Assembly: GCA_001179505.1 (NCBI GenBank)
Contig: CDMY01000938.1
Location: 173,948-237,947, forward strand
Direction: 5' to 3'
From: Vitrella brassicaformis CCMP3155
Lineage: Eukaryota > Protista > Chromerida
Length of the DNA: 64,000 nucleotides
The notes beneath the pieces are model-generated. The model ran no database searches and was not told the DNA's origin. It worked only from the letters and a program-made list of their open reading frames with translations. This document shows, in pieces, positions 26,615-38,949 of this stretch (its first letter is position 1; every line of letters starts with the position of its first letter). The translations under genes were made by a program, and so were the position numbers.

Positions 26615-28118
26615 TCACTTCCCCTTCACCAGCAAAGTCACCACCTTGACCACCAGCAGAATGGCCATTAAGGCGCTCGCAATCGCCACAATGAAGATCA
26701 AATACGACCGCCGTCTGTGTCTCGTCAGCGATGCCGCCCACCGCACACCGAGAGAAGATGACGCGGCCGCCACGATGCCGTAGACAACCGCGCGATCGAA
26801 GGGTATCCGCCCCATAAGGGCGTACTGGGCTGTGGTGGAGGTGCTCGTGAAGAGCACGCAGGTGGCCGCCGACGCCACTGCTGACAAGGGCTCGACATGC
26901 ATCAAGAGGAAGAAGGGAGAGAAAATAATCCCAGCGCTGATCCACATTTAGAAACAAACAAGACACATGGATGGCGAGGCATGAATCGGTGGCGGCCCGT
27001 CACTCGCTGAGTGGCTTACCCGATGCCGACGAGCCCCGAGAAGATGCCGGCAACGAAAGCCACTAGCCCGTAGATGCAGCAGCGAGGGAGCGTCCAATCC
27101 TCGCCTCCCTCTTTCAATATCTTCACCACAAAGTACCCGTGCAGCCACACAGACAGCAGAAAGGCCGCAAAGCACATTCCCCCTCTAATATTCGCGGCGT
27201 GTCGGGAGTGGGGGTACTGACGCGAACTGTAGCCCAGCAGAATGACAGCCACCAGCAAAAGGCTCATAAGGAGGCAGTCCACAATGACACGAGACGACTG
27301 CAGAGCAGAGTCGAGAGGTCGATGGCCGAGCAGGGGCCAGCTCAGACTGTTCCCTTCCTCGAGCTCGTCTCGATTGAAATGCGGGACCGTGTAGCACCTG
27401 CTGTCCTCTGCCTCGTCCTTGCTGGGAAGGGGAGACATCTTCTCTTGCCTGTGGGCGTTGATAGCTGCTCGAAGAGTCTTGAATGACACAAACGTGACAA
27501 TGGCTGCCAGAATGCCGGTGAGCAGGTACGCGGGAGTGAGGTTGAGAAGCAGGACACCGAACATGGTCCCGCCGAGTGCCAAAGGGACGGTCATCTGAAC
27601 CAATTTCTGCATGCAGATCCGAAGCCATCAATACACTGCAGAGCGGGTGAATCGTCCTCTCGCGCACCATGTCGATGATCGAGCCCCCTTCCACAGGGTG
27701 TCTGGTGAGCATGTTGTACGACAGTGCCGTCAGAGATCCCAGGAAGATCACTCCCTGAAAGAAAACAAGGCCACACGCCCAGCAGATGGAGACGTCGGGC
27801 CGACCTCCTTCCTTCCTTAACCATACACCTTGGATATCGGCACGGCGTCGTGCGGCGTCATGCCCCCGACAAACATGAGTATCGTCACATAAAAGGCACT
27901 GCATACGACACAAGGCACGAGTGAGATGGAGTGGCACTGCACGCGGCATGTGTGTCTTTGTCTTTGTCTCACCCGCCACCCATGCCGGCGGCCGACGCCA
28001 GCACTCCGCAGGCGAAGAGCGCAACGCATGTTGAGTAGACGGTGGGGTCGGTGATTGATAAGGGCTCCAGCAGCATGGCGTCCGTCAGCGTCAGCGCGGA
28101 GCTGCCGTCAATGGACAT
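26615..28118 (-). CDS. Sulfite exporter TauE/SafE (DUF81) family membrane protein, paralogue 2
   Basis: ASAAGMGGG...DAVPISK, RHPVEGGSIID and GIFSGLVGIGAGIIFSPFF motifs; four introns; first in-frame ATG at 28118. Confidence 0.9.
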
Positions 28119-28361
28119 TCGCACTTTGCAACGATGGCTTTGCTGATCAGGTATCGACCTGTAGGGAGGGAGAGGAACAACTGCTACGATGAAAAGAAGA
28201 GAAAAGGGGACAAACAGAGCCTTTCCCGAGATCTGCGAGCCGGAGTCTCAGAACGATGTGCGAGCTCGGCACTCTTGGGAGGAGGACGGCGAAAGCCTGC
28301 TGCGCTGCGCGGTTCACTCATCGAAAAGATCACACAAAGATCACACGAAGACCACGCGAAG

Positions 28362-31300
28362 ATGAAGAAGAAAGAGCCGACTCAGAAGTATGTCAAGAAG
28401 CATGACAAGAAGGACCGTGCCTCAGAGGTGATCACAGAAAGAGAGAACACTGAGTGCCATCAGCCCGGCAGAGCCACTTCCGTATTGCCTGCTGACTGTG
28501 TGTCTGTTGACGCATCAGGCGGCTGCCGAGCCGAGCCAGCCGACGAGGAAGGAGATCGACGAGAATCAGCGGCGCATCCTGGAGGACAGGAGGCGGCAGG
28601 TCGAGCACAGGCTTCTGCACCAGTTCGATGCCTCACAAGACGACCAACAGGAGTCAAGACCCATAGAGGTCGGACGGCACCTTGAGCACCCAAATGCATG
28701 TGCTGACTGATATCAGCGCCTGCGTGTTCCTCCGGCCTTTTGTCTGCAGGAGTCGACTTTCCTGGCGCCCGACAGCTCAGCCGTGGATGGCTCGGGGGTG
28801 CGGTCGGTGCCGAAGCTGGCCAAGTACTGGAGCTCGGCGAGTGCCGACGGAGGCGGGCTGGTCCTCCGCTCCCACTGGCGGGTCTTCCTGCCGCACGACA
28901 ATGTCAATGCGGGGCGCATGATGGCCACCACCGACGGCACCCTGTCGCTCGATGACAAGATCAAATACCACGGTAAGTGGCAACAGGCAGAATCGTCCTC
29001 GTCAACACACGTGTTTGTGTGCGTTCTTTCAGAGTCGACTGACCTGTCTTTGGCGACTCTGCTTCGGTGCCGCTTCCACGTTTTCTGGAGCGAGGTGGTT
29101 TACAGCGGGACCAGCAAGGACAGCAAGGCGGGGGCGGGGGGCGCGTGCAGCCTGCCCACCTTCCTCGACTCGTATCTGTGTCACGTGACCAAGCCGTGGG
29201 AGCTGGACTGTGTGGACCTCACCAAGGGCACACTCACCACCCTACGCGACGAGGAGGCGGAGGCACTGCGGGCGGCCATCGCCAAGTGAGCAGCCCAGCC
29301 GGCAGAGGGGAGAGAGAGACGCTGTGTATCCATCTGTGTGTGCCGAACTACAGGAAGGTGTTTCTCGTCTTCATCCGGCTGGTATCGATAAAGGAGTCCG
29401 ATTCTGAGGTGGGCAGGGAGACCAAGGGGGCGGGTTGCTGGGTGTTGTCGGGGTACCTGTGCTGTGTTGTGTTGTGTCATGTGTGTGTCAGTATCTGTCG
29501 GCTAGGAAGCACCAGGACATCCTGTGTGACCAGAAGCTTCTGACCGCCTCGCAGCTCCTGGACATTGCCGCCCTCTACGGCCCGGCAAACGAGTGAGCAT
29601 ACGGCAAACACACGCACTCATTTGGAAGCAGAGAGAGATGTCAATGCGTGTCTGCGGGGATGTATGGATGTGTTATTGCATCAGGGAGAGGGTCAAGGGG
29701 TTCATTTGTGAGGTGTTCGATGCGCTTCCGCGGCGACAGGACGAGCTGCTCGAGTACATACCCACACTCCTGCACGTGAGCAACCGGACGGACCTTCACA
29801 CTCATGCCATTGGCGCTTGCTCACCTTCTGCTGATTCACTGTCAGAGCTTCAACACCGGCTACGAGCGGCTGGCGATCCTCCTCAAGCAGACGGGCAGCC
29901 TCTCACTGTCAACATTGTCAGCCAAGAAAGACGGCAGCGACGACCCCGACGACTTTGGCAAAGAATTCAGCACCAAGTGGCTGGCCAACACCCTCGACAC
30001 TCTCTCCTTCCTCATCGACGGCGCCGTCACTATCGGCGGCGCGCTGCTCTTCTTCCCACCAGAAGTGGTCAGAGCGTTCGTCATGACCCGCTTTGCCAAG
30101 GAGCAGCAGCAGGCGGCGAGCTCGAGTGTCGCTGCTGCGCCTGACGAGTCGGCCCCGGCAGCCATGGTCATGCCAATGGGCTCGCCGCTGCTCGGACTTC
30201 TCGCCAAGACCTACTCATTGCTGGTGCGTGAGCACAAGGCATCCTAGTCTATCCCATCTCATGTGTGTCTCTGTGTGTGTGGTCTCAGGTGTCCCCTGCG
30301 TGTGCGGCCCTTTATCAACCAGGCAGCAGTGTTCGAGTGGACCCCGGCAGCCACACGGCATCGTTCCGGTTCGCCCAGCAGCGGGCCCGGCTGGCGGCCG
30401 CCAATGGCATAGTCGTGACGCTCCAGGCTCTGCTGGGCTTCCGTGAGGATGAGGCCGTGCCGTCGTCATCTTCATCGTCGGACCCGCCACCCGCCCCCAG
30501 CAAGGGCAGCGCTGACGAGTTCACGGCATGGGCGCTGGAGTTCAGCGAGGGGTGTCAGTCGGCTGGGGAGGACGGGGGCAAGTGGCTCAAGCAGGACTTC
30601 TCGCGGATGGGCATCCAGAAGACCATCGACGAGTGGAGGGACGGCACCACCATGTGCGTGGCGTGGCGTGGCGTGGCGTGGCGTGAGATAGCTGGCTGCA
30701 TGTGGTGTGTGGGTGGCTCGATACAACACAGACGTGGCGTGCGTCCGTCCTTGTGTGTCTGTGCCAGGGATGGGTCGACGAAGGAGTTCATCGAGATCGC
30801 TTTCAACCTCCGACAGCCTGACATGGTGGGCGACCAACAACACGCAGAGCGTCTCTGTCTGACGCCATTGTTCCTGTCCATGCAGAGCCCGCGCGCCAGC
30901 GACGGTCCCTCCACAGCACGCAGCAAGGTGGACACCACCATCTCGAAAGAGGAGATGGACGCCATCCAGTGAGACGAACTCAGGCCCAACACACAGCGCA
31001 GCGCATGAATGTGTGTGTGTGTGCGCCTGCCGTCAGAACCATTCGGGAGATCGCGGGAGAGGTGGCTGGCGAGGAGGGGTTCGTGCTGCAGCTGGTCAAG
31101 AGCTTCGACGCTCAGGTCAACATGATCGTCAACCACCTGTTTGAGGGCAGCCTGCCACCCCACCTTGCCGCCCTCGACCGACGCATGACCCTCCAGGAAG
31201 GTCAGTCAGCCGCAACACACCACCCATCATGACCGTCTCATATTGTGTGTACACGTGCAGGCATTAAGCTCCTCGAGAAGGGCGGCTCTCGGCCCGTATC

Positions 31301-32079
31301 AAGCCCGTCGCAGAGCCCACCACCAGCAGCAGCAGCCGCTGCTGCAGCTGCATCAGTGCCTCAGGTGGCCCCTCGGCCGCGACGGGCGCGCCCGACAGTC
31401 AGGATGGAGGGCGATGAAGGATTGGAGATGTCAGCGGCTGAGAAGTCCCGGATACTAGACACTGCGTAACCATCCATCCACGACGGCCGCGCCACACGCA
31501 TATCTTTGAATGTGGGGATGCCTTGTGTGGTTGTGGCGGCTTCTGCAGGCTCCGTGTGGATGAGTATGACGACGAATATGACGACACGGACATGGCAAAC
31601 TACAACATCGCGGCAGAGATCGGAGGTGAGTGCCATGCGACGCAGCATGCACCCATCCACCCACACACCCACTGTGGATGGGCTCTTTGTCTTCAGACAC
31701 AGGCGAGTCGGACGAAGAGGACGAAGAAGAGGAGGTCAGACGCTCACGCTCACGCCCACGCTCACACATTCTCGATCGGTGTCTGGTGTCTGTCTGTTGC
31801 AGGACGAGAAAGGCGAGGGCGCCGGTGCCATCCGCGACCCGCGATGGGGCCCTGACAAAATGAGAGGAGGGAGGCTGCCCAGAGGTATGCATGCATGTCG
31901 ACCGACCACAACGCTCTGGACTCATTTAGGCCTTCATTCTTTCAGGTCGCGGGTTGCCAGTGCATGGGCAGACCATCCAGGCGCGTCGAAAGGAGGAGCA
32001 CAAGGGCCGCATCGCCAACCACAACCGCAGGCAGGGCGCCTGGAAGAAGGCGCAGAAGGGCATGCTGGGCGGGTTCTAG
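28362..32079 (+). CDS. ASCC2: Activating signal cointegrator 1 complex subunit 2 (CUE-domain ubiquitin-binding protein)
   Basis: FWSEVVY...FLDSYL, LLDIAALYGPAN, CUE-like IREIAGEVAGEEGFVLQLVKSFDAQVNMIVNHLFEGSLPPHLAALDR, YDDEYDDT and C-terminal ANHNRRQGAWKKAQKGM all match recalled ASCC2 family motifs. Multi-exon; TAG at 32077-32079. Confidence 0.88.
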
Positions 32080-32204
32080 TGCCACTGAGACCCCGTATCG
32101 ATGACGCATAGATCTATGGATAGATACATGAACTCCCACACAGTGCAACTTTTGTTGCGCCTCTCGGGTTTGTATGTTGTGCGAGTGCCTTTCGCCATCC
32201 TTTA

Positions 32205-32592
32205 TCATGCCACGGCCTTTGTGTCAAACAGAAGAAGAAAATGTTTGCTGCACACATTCGTGTGTGTGTGTGTAAGTGTCTCACTTCTTGTTGACTGTCG
32301 AGAACACACACTTCTTGTCTCTGTGGCACCTCCACTGAGTGATGAAACTAAACGAACAAACACACACACACGCACTTCTCGTGCAGAGACACTGAACAGA
32401 CCCTCCGTCCACCCACCGGAACGCTCTTTTGTTTTCGGCGCATTGCTTGTCTCTGCATCTGCCCGTGGACTTGTCCATGACGCATCTGCCGTCGGTCTGT
32501 CTGGCACTGCACGAAAAGCGACGCGTCCCTGAACATGTGCGCTGAGCTGCTGCTGTGGTGTACTGCTCGTATGTCGACTGCTCGTATGACAC
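32205..32592 (-). pseudogene. Copy B: duplicated internal fragment of the Cys-rich secreted protein gene (frame intact, no signal peptide)
   Basis: ~350-bp near-identical direct repeat of ~25912-26262, including both introns. Reads TYEQY...CSGTRRFSCSARQTDGRCVMDKSTGRC...CLCTRSFITQWRCHRDKKCVFSTVNKK. Preceded by an in-frame TGA at 32605-32607. Confidence 0.6.
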
Positions 32593-32674
32593 TGGTGCCG
32601 CGTCTCAGACGACCCCCCACGCGGCCCCCATCCTGGTCGTTCCCCTTTCCCCCCCTCCCCTGCTCGCACGCGAC

Positions 32675-35600
32675 ATGAGTGAGGAGGCTGCCGCTGATGC
32701 ACCCATTGATGTGCGGCCGGACGAACAGGCCGCTGACGAAGAACCGCAGGAAGCCGGCGAGCCCCAACCCGAGGAAGCGGAAATGGAGGATGCAGCCGCC
32801 GCAGAGGAAGAAGCTGGCCAGCCGGAGCCCGACACAGATGAAGTACACACCACCGCTGAAGTCCAGGAGGTTGTGCACGAGATCCCTCCGACAGACGAGG
32901 CCGCAGAGCAGCCGTCGGCCGTTGTAGAGGAGGAAACACCTGAGGGGAAGGACGAGATGGTTGAGCAGACAGAAGGGGAGGCCCCCGCGGAAGAAGAGCA
33001 GGTCGAGGGCGCTGTTGCAGCTGAGGGAAATGCCGAAGAGGCTGTCGATCAAGAACAAACACAGGGGGAGCAAGTCGATGAGGCCACCCATGCAGAACAA
33101 GAGCAGGATCAACAAGTTGAAGCGCCTGCTGCTGAGGCTGACAAGACTGATGAGGCCCCTGCCGCTGAGGCTGGCAAAACTGATGAGGCCCCTGATGCTG
33201 AGGCTGTTGGTGAGACGCCTGCTGCCGAGCAAACAGCGGAAGGTGAGGAGAAGGAGGCCCCGCCGGTCGAGCTGCAGGAGGGTCAGGGGCACGGTGATTC
33301 GATACCGGTGGAGGGAGAAAAGGCAGCCGAACCCCTGACAGCTGATGAGAAGGCTGCCCCAGCTGCAGAGGAGAAGCCTGCTGACGAAGCCCAGCCGCCA
33401 ATCGATGCCGCACAACTAGAGGAGCCCACGACTGAGGAGCGTCAATCGGTTGTCGTCGAAGATTCTGCGGCGGCCGTCGGTGAGGCCACGGTCGTGCCGC
33501 CGTCCACTGAAGAAGCCCCGACTACCAGAATGCCGGCAGAGGAACCGTTGAAGGAACAAGAACCGGAACTGCGTGGAGAGGAGAAAGAGGGACCGGCGCC
33601 GGCAGCAGCTGAGGAGGAGGTGACCCCAGAGCCAGCGCCGCCGTCTGAGGCGCCAAAGCAGGAGGAGGTGCCAGTCGAGAAGAAGGAGGACGCATCAGTG
33701 CTCGCCGCCTCGTCGGGCAAGAAGGGGCGCGCCAAGCTGATGGTGGACCTTCAGAGTGAGAGGGAGAGAGAGGGGTCCAAGGCGGCGGAGGAGTCGGCTT
33801 ACGATGAGGCGCTGCGGCAGAATCGCATGGAGGCGCTCAATATTCCCACGGTGGTCGAGGCATGCCTGGCTGAAGGCACGCTCTTCGAAGACCCCAACTT
33901 CACCGATAGCGACTCCTCCCTATATATCGTAAGACAAAACTGTGAGAGACGGCACATCCACCAGACCTTTACACCTCTCCTTTGCGCAGGACCCCTCTGA
34001 CATCCCCGCCTATGCGACGGTGGGCGGCGGTGGCGTTACGTCATGGAAGCGACCAGAGCAGATCACACGCGGCGCAGTCCTCTTCTCAGAGGACAGACCG
34101 GCCTCCGACGTCAAGGCCGGTGATCTCCCAGACAGGGCCTTCCTGGGCGCAGCATCGGTGGTGGCGACCATGCCGGGGCTAGCCACTAACCTGTTCGGGC
34201 ATACCGACAACTGGAGGTGAGGGAAGAGCGCCCTCACTGCACGAGATTGTGGATCAATCCGTTTTCGGTCTTTTCAGGGATGTGGGTTTGATGTCATGTC
34301 GATTTTTCCACGAGGGCGACTGGCGTGAGGTGGTCATCGACACCAAGCTGCCCTTCTGTGACGAGCTGGAGGCCAGACGGCCGGCATTCGGCCACTGCGA
34401 GCGCAAGGAGGAGATGTGGCTGCCGCTTCTTGAAAAGGCCTACGCCAAGCTGTACGGCTCATACGAAGCCATCACCAAACGGTCCGCATGTCAGCCGAAA
34501 AGGGAGACAGACACGCGTGGTGTGTGTATTCTGTTGCTGCTGCCCCTGCAGTCAGCTCGGTGACATCTTTGTGGACCTCACCGGCGGCTCGACAGAGATC
34601 TTTGACCTGCGCAACGAATCGATCAGGGAGTTGGTCGACAATGGAGAGCTCTGGCGCGCCCTCCTCACGTGAGCGCACCAACACCAAACCTCCCTCCCTC
34701 CGTCCCCCAATCCTTCGTCCCGTATCAATGTGTCTCAGCTGGTTTGAGAGCGGCTGCGTCCTCTCGGGTGTCGCCGATGGGGAGTTTGACGATCTTGATG
34801 ACGCCGACAGGACGGACGGCATCTTGCCGGGGCACCCTTATGGTGTGCTGGATGTGATTGAGATGGAGGGGTTCCAGCTGCTGCGGATCCGCAACCCCTG
34901 GGGCGACGTGGAGTGGCGGGGGGCATTCAGCGACCACGATCAGATGTGGGCCAAACACCCGGACCTCAAGGAGAAGCTCAACTACCAATTTGGACCTGGT
35001 GAGGTACAGACACGAGACAGACAGACACCCAGAAAGAGAGACATGGCCGGATTCCCTCCCTGAGTGTGTGTGTGTTTTGCAGATGGTACCTGGTGGATGC
35101 GTCTGTCCGACTGGGCGGACTCTTTCTCTCGTCTGTATGTGTGCCGCCTGTTTCCCAAGAAGTATCACCAGACCGTCCAGACAAGCACGTGGCACCAGCT
35201 GACAGCCGCGGGGCCGCCCCGCATCGGCCAGACGGCTGTGGAGGGCTTGGACCTGGGTCAGACGATGGCGAGCAGTCTCCACGGCTTGACCTTGGGAGCT
35301 ACGATGGGCGGGGCTGCATCGCCACACAGCCACGCACCTACCGAGTGAGTGGATGACTTATGTGTCCGTTGACTGATTGTTGACTGATTGGTTGGCTGCA
35401 GGCGATCCCGTTCTGTGTTTCGTGAGGCTGTTGCTGCGGTGGAGGCTGGGCAGACTGAGACCATGACCGAAGGAGGTGAGACGCAGTACACTCACTCACT
35501 CCGTCTCGTGTTTCTGGATCGTCTCGTCGTGTTTGCGTGCAGGCATCAGCGCGTGAGCAAGAGAGGCATGGCTGGCCGTCTCTTGCTGTCGTGCCTCAGT

Positions 35601-38132
35601 GGAGATGTGTTTGTGTGTCTTGTGTCTCAGTGGAGATGCATTGGGGGCAACCGCGCGCAGCACTGCACTAGTAACCGCCGCGCCTGTTGCGACTGAGGCG
35701 GTCATTGGCGATCCAGACCCACGGTGACCTTTACACAATGACACGTGGTTGGCGCCTTGGCTGATGCTTGATGTTGTGTGACTCAGGTGGTTCAACAATC
35801 CTCAGTTCCGGTTGACAGTCCAGTCCAGCCGCGCTACGACGATATTTGTGTCGCTGATGCAGTCAGAGGAAAACCCGCCCATCCCCATCAACTGCCTCGT
35901 GATGAAGGCCAAGGTCAGCCGGCGCGCCAGCAGACAGACAGCCTGTGATCGAGCAATGTCGTGTTGTGCTGTGCTGCAGACTGCATGTCGTTTGTGGGAG
36001 TGCAATCCGTCTGACATTCTGGGCACTGCCGTGCCTCTGGACGAGCCCATCAAAGAGAACAAGCGGGAGGTCAACCACGAGATCGTCCTGTCGCCAGAGA
36101 AGGGTAATTGGTTGTTGGCAAATGGGAGACACTCCCCGCGTCTGTGTATGTGTCTATTTGCAGGTCAGCACGGGATATACCACATCGTGTGTTATCAGGA
36201 CGAGGCCAAACCCGACGTCAATGTGAGACGCGTTTTCCACCTCAGGCTGTTCAGCTCAGAACCGGTCAGACACACACAACACACCCACCAGCCTCACGCA
36301 CGAGACAACCACATCTGCCTCGTCTGTGCATGTCCAGATCTACCTGGAGCCAAAGCCGCAGCCGTGGCTCAAGACATTCAAGGCACGCACCAGACACCAC
36401 ACAGACAGAGACAACCGCCTTTCAAAGTGCGCTTGTCCCTCTCTCTGTCTATGCTTTGCTCATCGTCAGAGTGAGTGGGGTCAGCAGTCGGCGGGCGGGC
36501 GGCGGCTGAAGAAGCGGGGCGGGGAGGCCATCCAGTGGTGCACAAACCCACAGTTTGTCCTCAACTTCCAGCGGGCCACTACTCTCAAGATTGTCTGCGA
36601 GCGGGCACTGGGCAAGAGAAGACGAGACGTCCACAATGTAGGCCACACACTGACAGCACAACACACAGGGAGGGAGGGGTCTTGTGCATGGAGCTCAGGT
36701 GGGGTTTGTGGTGACGCGCCTGTTTGCGAGCACCGACTTGAACCGCCGGAACAAGCCTGCGGCCACGCAAGTGGTGACGTCTTCAGCCAAGCTCAACAAA
36801 CTGAGTCGGTCCACGGTCACGCTGGAGGAGCGGCCGCCCGAGCTGGGCACGCTGCACAGAAAACTGCAGGTGACGCAATTCATGTGGGGGGAAGGAACGT
36901 CCGCCCGTCTGTCTGTCTGTCTGTGTGTGTGTCTGTCCGTCTGTCAGATCTTGTCGACGGACTGGTGGCAGGAGACGTCATTCTCTCAGGAGGATGTCGC
37001 GTGTATGCACCTGTCCGTCACGCCACAACAGGTACATGCGGGCGAGCCATCGGCTCACTCACTCATTGAAGGATGCGGATGCCTCTTGTGTGCGTGTCGA
37101 CAGGGCCCTTTGGTGGTGGTGCCGTCGCTGGCTGAGTCTGGCGCCTTGGGGTCGTTCACTCTCAACATATTCGCCGACAGACCTCTCAAGGATGCTGTGC
37201 AGCTGGATGAGTCCAAGAATGTGGTCCTCTACGGCGGATGGTACACATCATTCTCTGGAGGCATCGCACATCCTCTCTGTGTTGGCATTCGGTATTCAGG
37301 ACGGCCGAGACGGCCGGAGGCTGCCACCTGTTCCACCCGCCCTATGAGACACAACGTGGGAAGGCACCATATGAGAGCTCATCCGTGACGATATGCGTGT
37401 GTGTGTCTCTTTGCCTTGCGTGCAGCCAAGCTGCAGACGTGGCAGAAGAACCCGAAGTACACACTCCATGTCACCGCGGTATGTCAGCATCGCACAGTAG
37501 GGAGAAGAAGGGATGGGACATGGAAGCATGCCTTGCTGAGTGTGGACTTGCAGAGCATCACTGCCCACGTCACACTCGCCAGGCTCGACAAGGCATGGCG
37601 AAAGACAGTGGCACAGGCAAGAAGAAGACTCACAGACAGAGACAGGGGCTCACCTCCTAGGGTGTAGTGCATCAGAGTGTGTGTGGTTGGCTGCCAACAG
37701 GATCCCGTCGGTGCGATGATGGGCTTCTACATCCTTCGCGGCGACCACATTGAGATGACCAACGTCATTTCTGAGACACCATACTTGCCTGGAAACGAAG
37801 TCGCCATGGTCAGGCAGGAAAGACCAGTCTCTTCTGTGTGCAGCAGATGAACGCTAACGCTTCCTCTCGTTTACCCCTTTAACTTGTGTGCAGGAGCTCC
37901 AGTTGGAGCCCACAGACGATGACGAGCCCTACATCATTATGCCCACCACATATGAGGTGAGCGGTGCGTTTGAGATGGTCTGGCGTGAACCGCGGTGCAT
38001 ATCATGTCTCTGTGTCTCTGTATTTGTATGCGTGTGCTCGTCCAGCCCAACAAGGTAGGCGAGTTCATAGTCCGTGTGTCGGCCAACAAGCCCAAGTTTG
38101 AGCTCCACAAACTCATCGAGGACCACTCATGA
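32675..38132 (+). CDS. Calpain-like protein: acidic Glu/Ala/Pro N-terminus, CysPc domain lacking catalytic Cys, three calpain-III (C2-like) domains
   Basis: LFEDPNF, WKRP, WREVVIDTKLP, WLPLLEKAYAKLYGSYE, DLTGG, GHPYGVL, RIRNPWG and WWMRLSDW motifs. Three NPQF/NPKY calpain-III starts (~35790, ~36545, ~37450). Ends YIIMPTTYEPNKVGEFIVRV. Confidence 0.9.
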
Positions 38133-38949
38133 GAACCATACACACACGCACACACACGCATTCATGTGAACTGATGCTATTCTCTCTGCCAATGAAGTAT
38201 GGACTCCTGTTGCTCTACTTGCTATGTGGAGACACATCCCATGCGTGTGGTATCGTGAAAATTCAACACACGAGAGCGCATGCATACATGCAGAAGGAAC
38301 GACACGACCTCAAGGCGCATGGCAGTGTGTCCGTGTCTGGTGTCTCTCTCCCCAGATCCCTGGCGACACATGAAGCGGTTTCTTCCTCTTGGTTGAAACA
38401 CTGTTGTGTTGTCCATGGTTGTCCATAGTGCGAACATTTCATTTTTCAGGCCGTCCGCCCAACAACCAACCGCCCCGATTGGGTGCAGTGCACATAGGGG
38501 CCGTCGCGAAGGAAGATTGGCGACGTTTCTGACTGCGAGTACCCGGCGGGCTGACTTCCCCTTAAGAGAAGAGACTCTTCACGATTGACCGATTGAGTGA
38601 GAGCAAGTGCCGCGCATAGCGTCCCTCGCCACACAGAGTGTCTGTCCCCCCCTTCCCCCGCTCCGCATTGTCTGTCATTCCTATGCTATCAACTATGTAC
38701 ACACCCACACCTCTGCCCCTCCCCACGTAGATCTTACGAAAAAGACAGGGACGATATACTTGCCGTCACCAGCAAGTGATTCCAACTGCCCCTCGCCCCT
38801 CCTCCCTCCCTCCCTCCCTCCCTCCCTCTCTTTCTTGTTTGGTGTTTGTACCGCAGAAAGCAAGCTGGCGCAGGATTAAACAACACCGAACAAAACGGAC
38901 CAGAAAAAACACCCACGTCATCGTCCTGCCTGTCTGCCGTGTCGCTGAG

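Noticed and set aside
32605-32607. In-frame TGA before Cys-rich copy B as possible selenocysteine
   Set aside because: It lies outside the region homologous to copy A, is not at a Cys-equivalent position, no SECIS is evident, and it abuts the calpain 5' region.
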